Of a DNA stretch of 64,000 bases, positions 9,539 through 20,385 are shown one piece after another; the first letter of the stretch is position 1; each line of letters starts with the position of its first letter. Position numbers and translations under genes: made by a program. Under the pieces are notes generated by a model. That model saw nothing but the letters and a program-made list of their open reading frames with translations. It was not told where the DNA came from and made no database searches. The stretch is from Promethearchaeota archaeon (GTDB lineage Archaea; Asgardarchaeota; Lokiarchaeia; Sigyniarchaeales; SOKP01). The DNA lies in assembly GCA_016839555.1 (NCBI GenBank), contig JAEOUA010000012.1:64001-128000 (forward strand), read 5' to 3'.

Positions 9539-10377
9539 ATGATTATCAAATAAACACTGTAAAAATAGAAAATATTGAAGAAGAATGTAAAGATATTAAA
9601 AGTTTTACCTTTAATATATCAAGATCAAATATAGATAATGTAAGACCTTTACCTGGTCAATTTATTATGGTATGGGTTCCTGGAGTAGATGAGGTACCTA
9701 TGTCATTATCTAATGCAGATTCAAATGGCAATTGGACGATTACGGTTAAAAAAATTGGTGATTGTACTGAAGCATTGCATAATCTTAATGTGGGTGATTA
9801 TATTGGAATAAGAGGCCCCTTCGGAAACTCATTTATATTTCCAAAAGACACCTCACGGTTAATATTTCTGGTCGGAGGAGGTATTGGAATGGCACCTCTT
9901 AAATTCCTCGCTAAAGAAATATCTAAAAAGAAAATGAAATTTATTCTTATTGAAGGTGCGAACTATGATAAAGAAATATTATATATCGATGAATTTCAGA
10001 CGTTTTCCAAGGATATCTCTAAAATTTTTTATTGTACGGATGATGGAAGTTTTGGTACTGAAGGATTTGCTTCAAAAGTATTTCAAGAGGAGTTAAAAAA
10101 TTATTCAAAAAACCAGCTTTCTAATGCTCTTGCTTATACATGTGGTCCTGAAAAAATGATGTTTGAAGTATTTAAGATATGTGAAGAATATTCCATAATA
10201 TTAGAAGCAAGTCTAGAGAGAATGATGAGGTGTGGATGTGGTTTATGTGGGTTATGTGCAATTGATGACTTATTAGTTTGTAAAGATGGACCAATTTTTA
10301 ATTCCAAAATTCTGAGAAATCTTGATGATTTTGGCAAATATAAAAGAAATTTTTCAGGGAAAAAAATCAAAATCTGA
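9535..10377 (+). CDS. pyrK: Dihydroorotate dehydrogenase electron transfer subunit
   Basis: PGQFIMVW, RGPFGNSF, GGGIGMAP and [2Fe-2S] motif CGCGLCGLC...VCKDGP; overlaps the pyrD stop. Confidence 0.95.
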   Translation: MNDYQINTVKIENIEEECKDIKSFTFNISRSNIDNVRPLPGQFIMVWVPGVDEVPMSLSNADSNGNWTITVKKIGDCTEALHNLNVGDYIGIRGPFGNSFIFPKDTSRLIFLVGGGIGMAPLKFLAKEISKKKMKFILIEGANYDKEILYIDEFQTFSKDISKIFYCTDDGSFGTEGFASKVFQEELKNYSKNQLSNALAYTCGPEKMMFEVFKICEEYSIILEASLERMMRCGCGLCGLCAIDDLLVCKDGPIFNSKILRNLDDFGKYKRNFSGKKIKI

Positions 10378-10523
10378 GTTTTATTTTCAATAGAATCCAA
10401 ACACAGTTTAACCATTAATTTTTAGTGATTTAGGAAGGATTTTATCAGAAATTACCATAAACTATTTGTTCTATAATTCTATTTTTTTCATGTATTCGAA
10501 TCTATAAAAATCAAATCGGTTTT

Positions 10524-12146
10524 ATGAATCATCAAGTTGAAAAAATAGCTCAAGAAACAATCAATTACTTACTTCTTCATCCAAATATTAAACGTTCTAA
10601 AATTACTAATCTGAAAGGTAGATTTGCGAAGCAATTCAACTTCAATAAAGTCATCAAGAACGCAACTATTTTAGAATATGCTGATACAATTGATTTAACA
10701 GAGAAAGAAAGAAAACTTATTAATAAAAAATTACGGAGAAGAACCACTAGGAGTATCTCTGGAGTATCCGTAATTGCAATAATGACTAAACCCCTTGAGT
10801 GTCCAGGAACTTGTATTTATTGCCCTGGTCAAAATTCTCAACCAGGTGAAAAAGTGGCACAATCCTATACGGGAAGAGAACCTGCCGCAATGAGATCTAT
10901 ACATTATAATTATGATCCCTATAGGCAGGTACAAAGTAGGATCAGAGATTTGGAAGCAATTGGTCATAAAGTTGACAAGATTGAATTAATTATAATGGGA
11001 GGTACATTTCTTTCTGCTAATGTGACTTATCAGAAAAAATTTATTAAAGGTGCCTTAGAAGCAATAATAAATAAAAGAATGAATACTCTGAAAGAGGCGA
11101 AAAAAGCAGCCGAAGCTTCTAAGCGAAGAGTAATCGGTTTAACCATAGAAACAAGACCTGATTATTGTAAAGAAAAACATGTAGATTTGATGTTAGAATA
11201 TGGCACCACCCGAGTTGAGATCGGGGTTCAGACTATTTATGATGAGATATATAAATTAGTAAAAAGGGGGCATGATACGAGAGATAGTAAAGAAGCAATT
11301 CGAATTGCAAAAGACGCGGGATTAAAAGTCAATGCTCATATAATGCCAAATTTACCAGGCTCTAGTTATCAAAAAGATCTTAAATTGTTCGAACATTTAT
11401 TTTCAAATCCTAACTATCGACCAGATATGCTAAAGATATATCCTTGTTTAGTTATCAAAGGAACGGAATTATATAATTGGTGGCAAACAGGAAAATATAA
11501 ACCATATCCTTTAGAAACATTAATCGATTTAATTGCTAGAGCAAAACAAAACTTTCCACCCTATGTAAGAGTTCAGAGAATAATGCGTGATATTCCTGCT
11601 CCATTAATAGAAGCCGGTTGTAAAAAAAGCAATTTAAGGCAACTTGTGAACAATCGCTTAAATGAATTAAATATGGAATGTAATTGCATTCGTTGTAGAG
11701 AATATGGTATAAAAAAGAGAGATGAAACTTCAGAAATCAATATGCTACAAAATGTTCAATTAAATCGTTTGGATTACGAGGCTTCTAAAGGAAAAGAGAT
11801 ATTTTTATCTTACGAAAATAATGAGGAAAATTACTTAGTGGGTTATTTAAGGTTGCGTAAACCTTCGCCTCTAGCACATAGACCTGAACTAAATGATGGA
11901 AGAACTTTAATTGTAAGAGAAATAAAAGTTGTGGGGGAACTTGTCCCAAAAAAATCAAAACCTTACAAAAAAATTCAAGCCCAACATAGAGGTTTTGGAA
12001 CCTCCCTTTTAGAGGAAGCAGAACGTATATGTATAGTAGAATTTGATGCCAAAAAACTTTCTGTTATAAGTGGAATCGGAGTAAGAAAATGGTTTTATGA
12101 GATGGATTATAGACTTGACGGTCCTTACGTATCTAAATTTCTTTAA
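10524..12146 (+). CDS. elp3: tRNA U34 carboxymethylation enzyme Elp3 (radical SAM + GNAT)
   Basis: CPGTCIYCPG, QSYTGREPAAMR, ETRPD, RVQRIMRDIP, QHRGFG and ISGIGVR motifs. Confidence 0.95.
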   Translation: MNHQVEKIAQETINYLLLHPNIKRSKITNLKGRFAKQFNFNKVIKNATILEYADTIDLTEKERKLINKKLRRRTTRSISGVSVIAIMTKPLECPGTCIYCPGQNSQPGEKVAQSYTGREPAAMRSIHYNYDPYRQVQSRIRDLEAIGHKVDKIELIIMGGTFLSANVTYQKKFIKGALEAIINKRMNTLKEAKKAAEASKRRVIGLTIETRPDYCKEKHVDLMLEYGTTRVEIGVQTIYDEIYKLVKRGHDTRDSKEAIRIAKDAGLKVNAHIMPNLPGSSYQKDLKLFEHLFSNPNYRPDMLKIYPCLVIKGTELYNWWQTGKYKPYPLETLIDLIARAKQNFPPYVRVQRIMRDIPAPLIEAGCKKSNLRQLVNNRLNELNMECNCIRCREYGIKKRDETSEINMLQNVQLNRLDYEASKGKEIFLSYENNEENYLVGYLRLRKPSPLAHRPELNDGRTLIVREIKVVGELVPKKSKPYKKIQAQHRGFGTSLLEEAERICIVEFDAKKLSVISGIGVRKWFYEMDYRLDGPYVSKFL

Positions 12147-12486
12147 TACACAAAACCATTTCTATAATATGTCTTTTTTAACTTCTTCCCTTAAAGTTAT
12201 GGTTGTAAGAAATGATTGAAAAAAATTTATCACTCATTCTATCTTATACAATAAAGAAATCTATTTCTCCTTTTTAAATATGAATATTAGATTTGTGTTA
12301 TTATTATTAGAAAATAAGCAGATAGAAGCTCTTAAATATAATAAAATAATTCGTTCATTTTTAATAATCTAAAAATTGAATCTTTTGATTTCTACTTTGG
12401 TTTATTTATGATAAAAAAAACCTTTAAAAATAAAAAAGATCAATACTCTTATCTAATATATATCTATATAATTAATATATCTAAAG

Positions 12487-13560
12487 ATGACTAAACAAAA
12501 ATTCTTATCGAGGAAAAAAACAGCTCAGCAATCTATTTCTATACCTTCTTCACTTAGAGAAGAAATTATTCAATATGTTAAAAAAAATTATGAAAAACAT
12601 CCCGAAGATAAGAGATTTAGCAGTATATCGGCATTTTATACGACCGTTATGGAAAAGGCAATGAAATGTTTTGAAAAAGGAAAATCTTTAGAAGATTTTG
12701 AACAATTTGCGGATGGAGAAATGACAGGTTTTTATGACCAATTTTCATTTGATGCTCTTAAACCCCTCTATGAGATGATCACTGAAACTAATAGGTATAC
12801 CGAACTTGATTATGAGGATCCCTTAATGTTTTTCCTCAGAGGAAAGGAATTAATTGAAAAATTTATTAGAAAAAGGGATTTAAAACAGGTTGGAATTTTT
12901 CTTAAAAGAGCAGAAATCTATTTTGCACGAAATAAAATAGCATCTAAACTTAACTTTGAACCTTTATATATTAAGAAGAAGGAACATCCGGGAATTAGAG
13001 TAGAAGCATTTTGTATTTATGAAAATATTTGTTTTGAAAACTCAAAATTTTTTGCGGGAATCTTCGCAATGTTAGGAATGAAGGTTGTAGATTTTATTCA
13101 CTCCAAAAAAAATTCTTATTTCAGAATTGACGCGATTCCCACAGATTTATTTTTCAATAATAATTCGGCGAAAAGGGAACGTCTCAAATTACTTGATTAC
13201 AATATGTCCCTAATAACAAATTATAAAAGGGTAGTCCATGATAAAGACTTTTATTTATGGATGAAAATGGCTAAAGATAATGGGGTTTTTCTTGACTTTC
13301 ATAATGAATTTACTAAAAAAAAATGGATTGATTTAATTCAATTAGATATTAAAAAATCTTCACCTCCTGATCAGTTTCTTATTAGTTTATTAAAATTCTT
13401 TGAACGACTTCACTGGATTAATATTGTAAATGAAAAAGATTTGATCTTCAAATTTACTCTTCCAGTTCCTAATTATAAAACAAAAAAAAAAATCTTATTC
13501 AATTATTTGTCTAAATATTCGAAAATTCAAAAAATGGATGATAATTATCTTTTAGGTTAA
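12487..13560 (+). CDS. Hypothetical protein, tandem paralog 1 (possible N-terminal ribbon-helix-helix)
   Basis: Long ORF; shares QQSISI, ISAFYT, TNRYT, YFRID.IPT and YLWMKMA with the next ORF. Confidence 0.7.
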   Translation: MTKQKFLSRKKTAQQSISIPSSLREEIIQYVKKNYEKHPEDKRFSSISAFYTTVMEKAMKCFEKGKSLEDFEQFADGEMTGFYDQFSFDALKPLYEMITETNRYTELDYEDPLMFFLRGKELIEKFIRKRDLKQVGIFLKRAEIYFARNKIASKLNFEPLYIKKKEHPGIRVEAFCIYENICFENSKFFAGIFAMLGMKVVDFIHSKKNSYFRIDAIPTDLFFNNNSAKRERLKLLDYNMSLITNYKRVVHDKDFYLWMKMAKDNGVFLDFHNEFTKKKWIDLIQLDIKKSSPPDQFLISLLKFFERLHWINIVNEKDLIFKFTLPVPNYKTKKKILFNYLSKYSKIQKMDDNYLLG

Positions 13561-13588
13561 AATACATTATTAAAAAGGCGATTAAAAA

Positions 13589-14647
13589 ATGGTATCAAAT
13601 GACAAAAGAACTCAGCAATCTATTTCTATATCTCCCGCACTTAAAGAATGGATTACTAGATATATTAATGTAAATCATAAACAATTTCCCGATGATACCA
13701 AATATAAAACCATATCGGCATTTTATACTTATGTTATGGCAAAAACGATGAATTGTTTTAAGCAGAGAAAAACCCTCGATGATTTTGATCGATTTTTAAA
13801 TCAAGAATTTACCTCGTTTTATGATAAAATAACCTTTAGAGCAATTAAACCTTTTTATGAGAATATTATTAAAACTAATAGGTATACCAATCATGATTAT
13901 GATTCTGTATTAGATTTTTTTTTGAAATTTATAGAACACTTTAAGGAATACTTTCAAGCAAGGAATCTTAATGAAATAGAACTTTTTCTTAGAAATTTCA
14001 TGATTTATTTTGCAAAAAATAAAATTATCTCCGATCTGAAAATAGAAATAATAAAAAAGACTTCCTTAAGATCTCCCATTCTGTCTCTAGAAGCAATTTG
14101 TAATCATCCTAATATTTGCTATGAAAATACTAAGTTTATTATAGCTATTTTTAGTATGTTAGGGATTGAATTGGTGGATTTTATTTATTCTAAAAAGAAT
14201 CCCTATTTCAGAATTGATTTTATCCCCACAGAACTGTTTAAGATGGAGAAAATACCTGAAGAAGCACGATTAAAATTGTTTAAAAAAAATTTTTCATTAT
14301 TAACTAATCTTAAAAAGGTCATTAATGACAAAGATTATTATTTATGGATGAAAATGGCTAACGATAAAGGGATTTTTGTTAATTTTAGTAATGATTACAC
14401 CCTAAAGAAATGGATTAATTTAATTGAATCGGACATAAAAAAATTTTCAATTGAAGATAAATTTCTTCTTAATATGCTGAAATTCTTTGAAAAAATCCAT
14501 TGGATTAATATAGAAAACGAAAATGATCTTATTTTTGAAATTTGTTTTGCCAATCCCGAACATAATAAAAAAAGAGAATTATTACTTAATTATTTCTCAA
14601 AATATTCAAAAATTAAACAAATTGAACAAAAATATCAATTACTATAA
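13589..14647 (+). CDS. Hypothetical protein, tandem paralog 2
   Basis: Colinear similarity to 12487..13560 along its full length. Confidence 0.7.
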   Translation: MVSNDKRTQQSISISPALKEWITRYINVNHKQFPDDTKYKTISAFYTYVMAKTMNCFKQRKTLDDFDRFLNQEFTSFYDKITFRAIKPFYENIIKTNRYTNHDYDSVLDFFLKFIEHFKEYFQARNLNEIELFLRNFMIYFAKNKIISDLKIEIIKKTSLRSPILSLEAICNHPNICYENTKFIIAIFSMLGIELVDFIYSKKNPYFRIDFIPTELFKMEKIPEEARLKLFKKNFSLLTNLKKVINDKDYYLWMKMANDKGIFVNFSNDYTLKKWINLIESDIKKFSIEDKFLLNMLKFFEKIHWINIENENDLIFEICFANPEHNKKRELLLNYFSKYSKIKQIEQKYQLL

Positions 14648-14769
14648 AGGTTATCACTTTTAAAAATCTTTTTTTCCAAAAGAGATCATTCATTTTATAA
14701 AAAAACTTCAATTTTGAATGAATTCCTTTATAAGATAATTTTTTTGCTATAGTATGTTTATTTTAAATA

Positions 14770-16695
14770 ATGGAAAAATTTGATTTTGATTACGAGAAAC
14801 TCGGTTTAAAATGCGGCTTAGAAATTCATCAGCAGCTTGATTCAAAAACCAAATTATTTTGTAGATGTCCAAGTGAACTTCAAGGAACCAGAAAACCAGA
14901 TTTTACTCTAAAGAGAGAGATGAGACCTGTATTAGGAGAAATGGGTTCATTCGATCAGGCAATGCTTACCGAATATGAAAAGAATGTAGATATAATCTAT
15001 GAGTGTTATAATGATGTAATATGTACCTATGAAATAGATGAGACTCCACCTTTTGAATGTAATCAAGAAGCGAGAAAGATCGCCCTTGAGATTGCACTTT
15101 TACTGAATTCAAATATTATTAGAGAAATGCATGTATGCAGGAAAAACTATTTAGATGGTTCAGTCCCTTGCGGATTTCAGAGAACCATGATTTTAGGAAA
15201 AGATGGATATATAACGATGGAGAATGGCAAAAAGATTGGAATTGATATCATTTGTTTGGAGGAGGATGCTGCTCGTCTAATAAAAACCGAACATAAAACA
15301 AATTATTTTAGATTAGATCGTCTGGGTATTCCCCTAGTCGAGATAACCACAAAGCCGGAAATAAACCATCCCGAAGAATGTAGAGAATGTGCTGAACGTT
15401 TAGGCTTATTGCTCTGGGCAACGAAAGTCAAAAAAGTATTAGGAGCTATTCGACAAGATGTAAATGTAAGTGTAAAAAAAGGTACTCGAATTGAAATTAA
15501 GGGTGTACAAAAATTAGATTGGATCCCTCTTTTAATTAATCATGAAATCTTAAGACAAACGAATTTAATTAAAGTAAAAGAAGAACTGGAAAAGAAAGGA
15601 TTGACAGAAAAAGATATTTCCTCTGAAGCAATTGATTTATCAGAGAAACTGTCAAAATCTAAGTGTGATTTTATTGCGAAGGGTATAAAATCAAGAAAAA
15701 AATTATATGGCTTAAATTTTAAAAGATTTAAAGGAATTTTTGGAAAAGAATTAATGTCCGATTATAGATTTGGTACAGAAGTAAGCAGTAAAGTGAAATC
15801 TATCTCTGGGTTGAAAGGATTAATTCACTCTGATGAAGATTTAAAAAAATATAATTTTTCGGATGGGGATCTCAAAATTCTCTCACAAGAACTGAATTCA
15901 AAAGAAAATGACTGTTATGTTTTGGTCTTAGGTAAACACAAAGAATTAGAAAAAGCTATTAATGTGATCCAAAACCGCGTGAAATATGCTTTTAAGGGAG
16001 TCCCTCCTGAAACACGACGTGCGCTTGAAAACGGAAATACTGAGTTTTTGAGAGAATTACATGGCGGAGCAAGATTATATCCAGATACAGATTCACAAGC
16101 TATACTAAATAAGCAAGAAGAGATAAATTATGTAGCAGAGACTCTTCCAGAATATCCATGGGACATTATCGAAAAATATTCTAAAAAATACCAAACAGAA
16201 AAAAGAATAATTAAAGAGCTTATTTTTAATAATTATTTATCATTATTCAATAAATTAATTGAATTTTATCCAAAGGATCCCACTTTGATATTCACAACTT
16301 TATTAGAAACGACGACTGCGTTAAAAAGAGATGGAAAAGATATTGAAAAAATAACAGATAAAGATTATATCCAAATATTCACACTTTTAAAAGATAAAGA
16401 AATTGGAAAAGAAGCAATTGAAGAAATTATGATTCATAAAGCAGATAATCCACATTTGTCTATAAATGAAATAAAAAAGAATCTCGGGCTTAAAAAAGTT
16501 AATATGAATGAGTTGCATAAAATCTTATCGAATTTAGTAAAACAAAATGAAAAGTTAATAAAAGAAAAGAAGATGAAAGCAATGGGGCCATTAATGGGTG
16601 ATGCGATGGAAGAGCTTCGTGGGAAAATTGATGGCTCTATAATATCAAAAGAATTAAAAAACTTAATCCAAGAAAAACTTAAAGAGTTGAAATAA
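14770..16695 (+). CDS. gatE: Glutamyl-tRNA(Gln) amidotransferase subunit E
   Basis: GLKCGLEIHQQL, KLFCRCP, LEEDAAR, LDRLGIPLVEI, GVPPETR and GARLYPDTD motifs. Confidence 0.97.
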   Translation: MEKFDFDYEKLGLKCGLEIHQQLDSKTKLFCRCPSELQGTRKPDFTLKREMRPVLGEMGSFDQAMLTEYEKNVDIIYECYNDVICTYEIDETPPFECNQEARKIALEIALLLNSNIIREMHVCRKNYLDGSVPCGFQRTMILGKDGYITMENGKKIGIDIICLEEDAARLIKTEHKTNYFRLDRLGIPLVEITTKPEINHPEECRECAERLGLLLWATKVKKVLGAIRQDVNVSVKKGTRIEIKGVQKLDWIPLLINHEILRQTNLIKVKEELEKKGLTEKDISSEAIDLSEKLSKSKCDFIAKGIKSRKKLYGLNFKRFKGIFGKELMSDYRFGTEVSSKVKSISGLKGLIHSDEDLKKYNFSDGDLKILSQELNSKENDCYVLVLGKHKELEKAINVIQNRVKYAFKGVPPETRRALENGNTEFLRELHGGARLYPDTDSQAILNKQEEINYVAETLPEYPWDIIEKYSKKYQTEKRIIKELIFNNYLSLFNKLIEFYPKDPTLIFTTLLETTTALKRDGKDIEKITDKDYIQIFTLLKDKEIGKEAIEEIMIHKADNPHLSINEIKKNLGLKKVNMNELHKILSNLVKQNEKLIKEKKMKAMGPLMGDAMEELRGKIDGSIISKELKNLIQEKLKELK

Positions 16696-18057
16696 ATGAG
16701 TGAAGATTTAAAGGGTTATAAAGGAAAGGCGAAGAAAGTTTTAGAAGAGAAGAACATTCGAATCTGGGATATTCTCAGAATTAAGACTCATAAAACAGAA
16801 TATGAGGGTATTTTATTACCTCGTAATGAATATTCAAAACCTGATTATGTGGAAATAAAACTTGAAAATAATTATAATGTTGGAATTAATTTTGAAGATA
16901 TTACTGAAATAACAAAAATAGGAGAAAAAGAAGCTCATTACAAAATTCCCGAAAAAAAATTCCCTAGAACTAAAGGATTCCCTGAAGTGACTTTACTCGG
17001 GACGGGAGGTACTGTGGCCTCTCGATTAGATTATACCACTGGAGCCGTGATTCCTGCTTTTACTCCCGGTGAATTATTTAGTGCTGTTCCAGAATTGGCC
17101 GATATATGTAATTTAGAAACAGAAATCTTGTTCAAAATGTTATCGGAGAATATGAAGCCCGGTGTTTGGCAAAAACTAGCCGAGAAGGTCGAAGACTTAG
17201 CAAACTCAGGAAAAGATGGAATTATTATAGCCCATGGCACGGATACTATGGGATATACGTCTTCAGCTTTATCTTTTATGTTAAAGGATCTTTCCATACC
17301 TGTGGTTCTAGTAGGGAGTCAGAGAAGCTCAGATAGACCTTCATCCGATGCTGCGCTAAACTTAATTAACGCTGCTACGGTTGCTTCCTCTGATATTGCC
17401 GAAGTGATGGTTGTAATGTTAGGATCTTCCTCTCATAATTATGGATTAATTCATAAAGGAACTCTTGTTAGAAAGATGCATACTTCCTATAGAAATACTT
17501 TCAGAACTATTGATGATATCCCTATGGGTATGGTAAAAGATGGAAAAATTCATATGTTTAAGAAAGAATATAATAAAAAATCTAATAAAAAAACTAAAGC
17601 TCTAACAGATTTTGAAGAAAAAATTGGGTTGGTATATTCCTATCCGGGTTTAACTAATGAAGAAATTCATTTTTATATAGATAAAGGATATAAAGGGATT
17701 GTATTAATTGGCACAGGTTTAGGACATGTAAGCACTCGTGTCTTTAATTCAATCAAAAGAGCTATTGAAGAAAATATTATTGTCCTCATGACCTCTCAAA
17801 CACTTCACGGATTTATTGGAATGAATGTTTATTCAACTGGACGTGAACTGCTTGATCTTGGGGTGATCCCAGGACAAAATTTGATACCTGAAACTGCCTA
17901 CATAAAATTAGGATGGGTTTTAGGTAATACGGATTCTCTCGAAGAAGCTAAAGAATTATTATCAACAAATATCGCAGGAGAATTTATTGAGAGAGAAATA
18001 CCAATTGCATTTAACTATGACAGTGATCAACTTATAAAAGAATTTGATTCAAAATAA
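16696..18057 (+). CDS. gatD: Glutamyl-tRNA(Gln) amidotransferase subunit D
   Basis: KLENNYNVG, TGGTVASRLDY, HGTDT and SQRSSDRPSSDA motifs. Confidence 0.97.
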   Translation: MSEDLKGYKGKAKKVLEEKNIRIWDILRIKTHKTEYEGILLPRNEYSKPDYVEIKLENNYNVGINFEDITEITKIGEKEAHYKIPEKKFPRTKGFPEVTLLGTGGTVASRLDYTTGAVIPAFTPGELFSAVPELADICNLETEILFKMLSENMKPGVWQKLAEKVEDLANSGKDGIIIAHGTDTMGYTSSALSFMLKDLSIPVVLVGSQRSSDRPSSDAALNLINAATVASSDIAEVMVVMLGSSSHNYGLIHKGTLVRKMHTSYRNTFRTIDDIPMGMVKDGKIHMFKKEYNKKSNKKTKALTDFEEKIGLVYSYPGLTNEEIHFYIDKGYKGIVLIGTGLGHVSTRVFNSIKRAIEENIIVLMTSQTLHGFIGMNVYSTGRELLDLGVIPGQNLIPETAYIKLGWVLGNTDSLEEAKELLSTNIAGEFIEREIPIAFNYDSDQLIKEFDSK

Positions 18058-18247
18058 TTAGGTCTATTAACTTAATTTTCTCTTTTAAAATCTATCTTTT
18101 GATCTTTTTAATATGAAAGGCTGAATGAAAATGCGAATTATTGTGGAAGCTTTATTAAAATTTTTGAATTCATTAAAAATTTAAGTTTTAAGTAATTATT
18201 ATAAGTAATTATTATTAATAATTTAATTACTCGCTCTGGTAAGCAAA

Positions 18248-19003
18248 ATGGGTAAACGTATATTAGCACAGAGAAAAGGCTATGGACATATTTGGGCTCG
18301 CTCACCCAGTCATAGACATATTGGAGAAATAAAATACCGACGCTTTAAAGAGAATGAGACGAGTCTTGATTTTAAAATTATCGATCTTCTTCATTCTCCT
18401 GGAAGAGGGGCACCTGTTGCAAAAATAGAATATGAAGATGGAATAATAGACTTATATTTACCTCCGGAAGGAGTTTATGTAGGACAAGAATTCACTCAAA
18501 CGAGAAAAGATATCGATCAATTAAAAACCGTTAAAAGAAAAAAAGCACAAATCAATGTTGGAAATATTGTCCCCCTTAAAAAAATCCCTATAGGTACTTT
18601 AATATTTAATATTGAAAGTATTCCACAAGATGGGGGTAAATTCGCTCGCTCTTCGGGAGTAGCGGCAACTGTGACAGAAAAATCTGGTAATAAAGTGAAA
18701 GTATTATTTAGATCAAAAAAGTCAAAATGGATTAATGGCGACTGCCTAGCTACAATTGGGGTTGTCGCTGGGGGAGGTAGGATTGATAAACCATTCCTAA
18801 AAGCTGGAAATAAATATTATGCTCTTAGATCTAAAGCAAAAAAATGGCCTGTTGTACGAGGAGTTGCTATGAATGCAGTTAGTCACCCCCATGGGGGTGG
18901 AGCGAAACAATCCCCCCATAAATCAACCACTATATCTCGTGATACCCCACCAGGACGGAAAGTAGGTCAGATAGCTGCCCGCAGAACAGGACATTCTAAT
19001 TAA
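18248..19003 (+). CDS. rpl2: 50S ribosomal protein uL2
   Basis: MGKRILAQRKG, PGRGAPVA, WPVVRGVAMNAVSHPHGGG and PPGRKVG motifs. Confidence 0.97.
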   Translation: MGKRILAQRKGYGHIWARSPSHRHIGEIKYRRFKENETSLDFKIIDLLHSPGRGAPVAKIEYEDGIIDLYLPPEGVYVGQEFTQTRKDIDQLKTVKRKKAQINVGNIVPLKKIPIGTLIFNIESIPQDGGKFARSSGVAATVTEKSGNKVKVLFRSKKSKWINGDCLATIGVVAGGGRIDKPFLKAGNKYYALRSKAKKWPVVRGVAMNAVSHPHGGGAKQSPHKSTTISRDTPPGRKVGQIAARRTGHSN

Positions 19004-19228
19004 TTGTTTCTTTTACTTATTTATTTGTATTGGATTTTTCAATAGATGGTTTTTTCTAGATCAGCATTCTATTAAAGATAATCTGAACCATTAGAAATTA
19101 CTATTTTATAGGATTTCTATTTGACAAATAATTTATCTATTATTTTTAATAACAACTATTATTTTTTTTAAACTTTAATTACTACTAATAGAAATAACAA
19201 CTGAATTTAATGCAAATAATTAAAAAAA

Positions 19229-20356
19229 ATGCATCCCTTCCAACTACTTATAAAACCTTGCTCTTATGATTGTAATTTACGATGTACCTATTGTTTTTAT
19301 CTTAGAGTTGGAGATACTGTGTATGCAAATGTGAAAAGGCCACGAATGAATGATGAGGTCCTTGAATCTATGATTTCTCAACTCATGAGTTATAGATTCC
19401 CAGAGTCAATCTTTGGATGGCAAGGGGGTGAGCCCACATTGGCAGGATTAGATTTTTTTAAAAAAGCGGTATCATTTCAACAAAAATATGGAGAATCAGG
19501 TCAAGTAGTTGGCAATGCATTACAAACCAATGGTATCTTAATTAATGAACAATGGGCACAGTTTCTTAGCAAATATAAGTTTTTGGTTGGGCTAAGCCTT
19601 GATGGTCCTAAAGATGTTCATGATAGATATCGGCGAAGTATCAATGGAAAATCTGTGTGGAATAAAGTAATGAATGCAGCTCAATGGTTTCAAAGATATG
19701 GCGTCCAATTTAATATATTATGTGTAATAAGTAAAGCGAATGTAAATCTTGTTAAAGATATATATGAGTTCTTCATAGATAATGGATTTTATCATATGCA
19801 GTTTATTCCTGCTTTAGAGACTGGCGAAAACGGAGAATTAGCCCCTTATTGTATAAACTCGAATCAATATGGAGATTTTTTATGTTCACTTTTTGATATT
19901 TGGAAACAAAATCCAAATTTAGCGTCTATTCGAACTTTTGATGCGATTCTCTCTCATTATCTTGGATATCCCAAAGGAAGTTGTACTTTCCAAAAGAAAT
20001 GTGCAGATTATTTATTAATAGAATATAACGGAGATGTCTATCCTTGCGATTTTTTCGTCCAAGAGAAATATAAAATAGGGAATTTATTGAATACTGAGCT
20101 TTCAAAGTTGAAGCATATTCGGGATAACTCATTTGGCAAAATAAAAACTAAGCTTTCAGATGAGTGTGTGAATTGTAAATGGTTAACTTTATGTTATGGT
20201 GGTTGTATTAAAGATAGAATTTTTCCTGGCAATCATCATCCCGATAGAACCTATTTTTGCGAGGGAAATAAACAATTTTTTGACTACGCTGCGAAATGGT
20301 TTCAAACACAAGCTGAAAGTATTAGAGAACATCTCATAAGAAATAAAAAAATGTAG
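19229..20356 (+). CDS. Anaerobic sulfatase-maturase-like radical SAM/SPASM protein
   Basis: CNLRCTYC, WQGGEPTL, QTNG, SLDGP, YPCDF and C-terminal SPASM cysteines. Confidence 0.88.
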   Translation: MHPFQLLIKPCSYDCNLRCTYCFYLRVGDTVYANVKRPRMNDEVLESMISQLMSYRFPESIFGWQGGEPTLAGLDFFKKAVSFQQKYGESGQVVGNALQTNGILINEQWAQFLSKYKFLVGLSLDGPKDVHDRYRRSINGKSVWNKVMNAAQWFQRYGVQFNILCVISKANVNLVKDIYEFFIDNGFYHMQFIPALETGENGELAPYCINSNQYGDFLCSLFDIWKQNPNLASIRTFDAILSHYLGYPKGSCTFQKKCADYLLIEYNGDVYPCDFFVQEKYKIGNLLNTELSKLKHIRDNSFGKIKTKLSDECVNCKWLTLCYGGCIKDRIFPGNHHPDRTYFCEGNKQFFDYAAKWFQTQAESIREHLIRNKKM

Positions 20357-20385
20357 AAAAAGGAATAAATCCTGAAAAATGGAGA

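Noticed and set aside
16693-16698. Zero-gap in-frame TAA-ATG junction between gatE and gatD (also porA/porB at 44315-44320)
   Set aside because: Best explained by ordinary translational coupling; there is no evidence of readthrough.
18490-18550. Extra residues in uL2 (and in SBDS, about 28780-28870) as possible in-frame introns
   Set aside because: Frames are open, the inserts look like protein, and I saw no BHB pairing at their borders.
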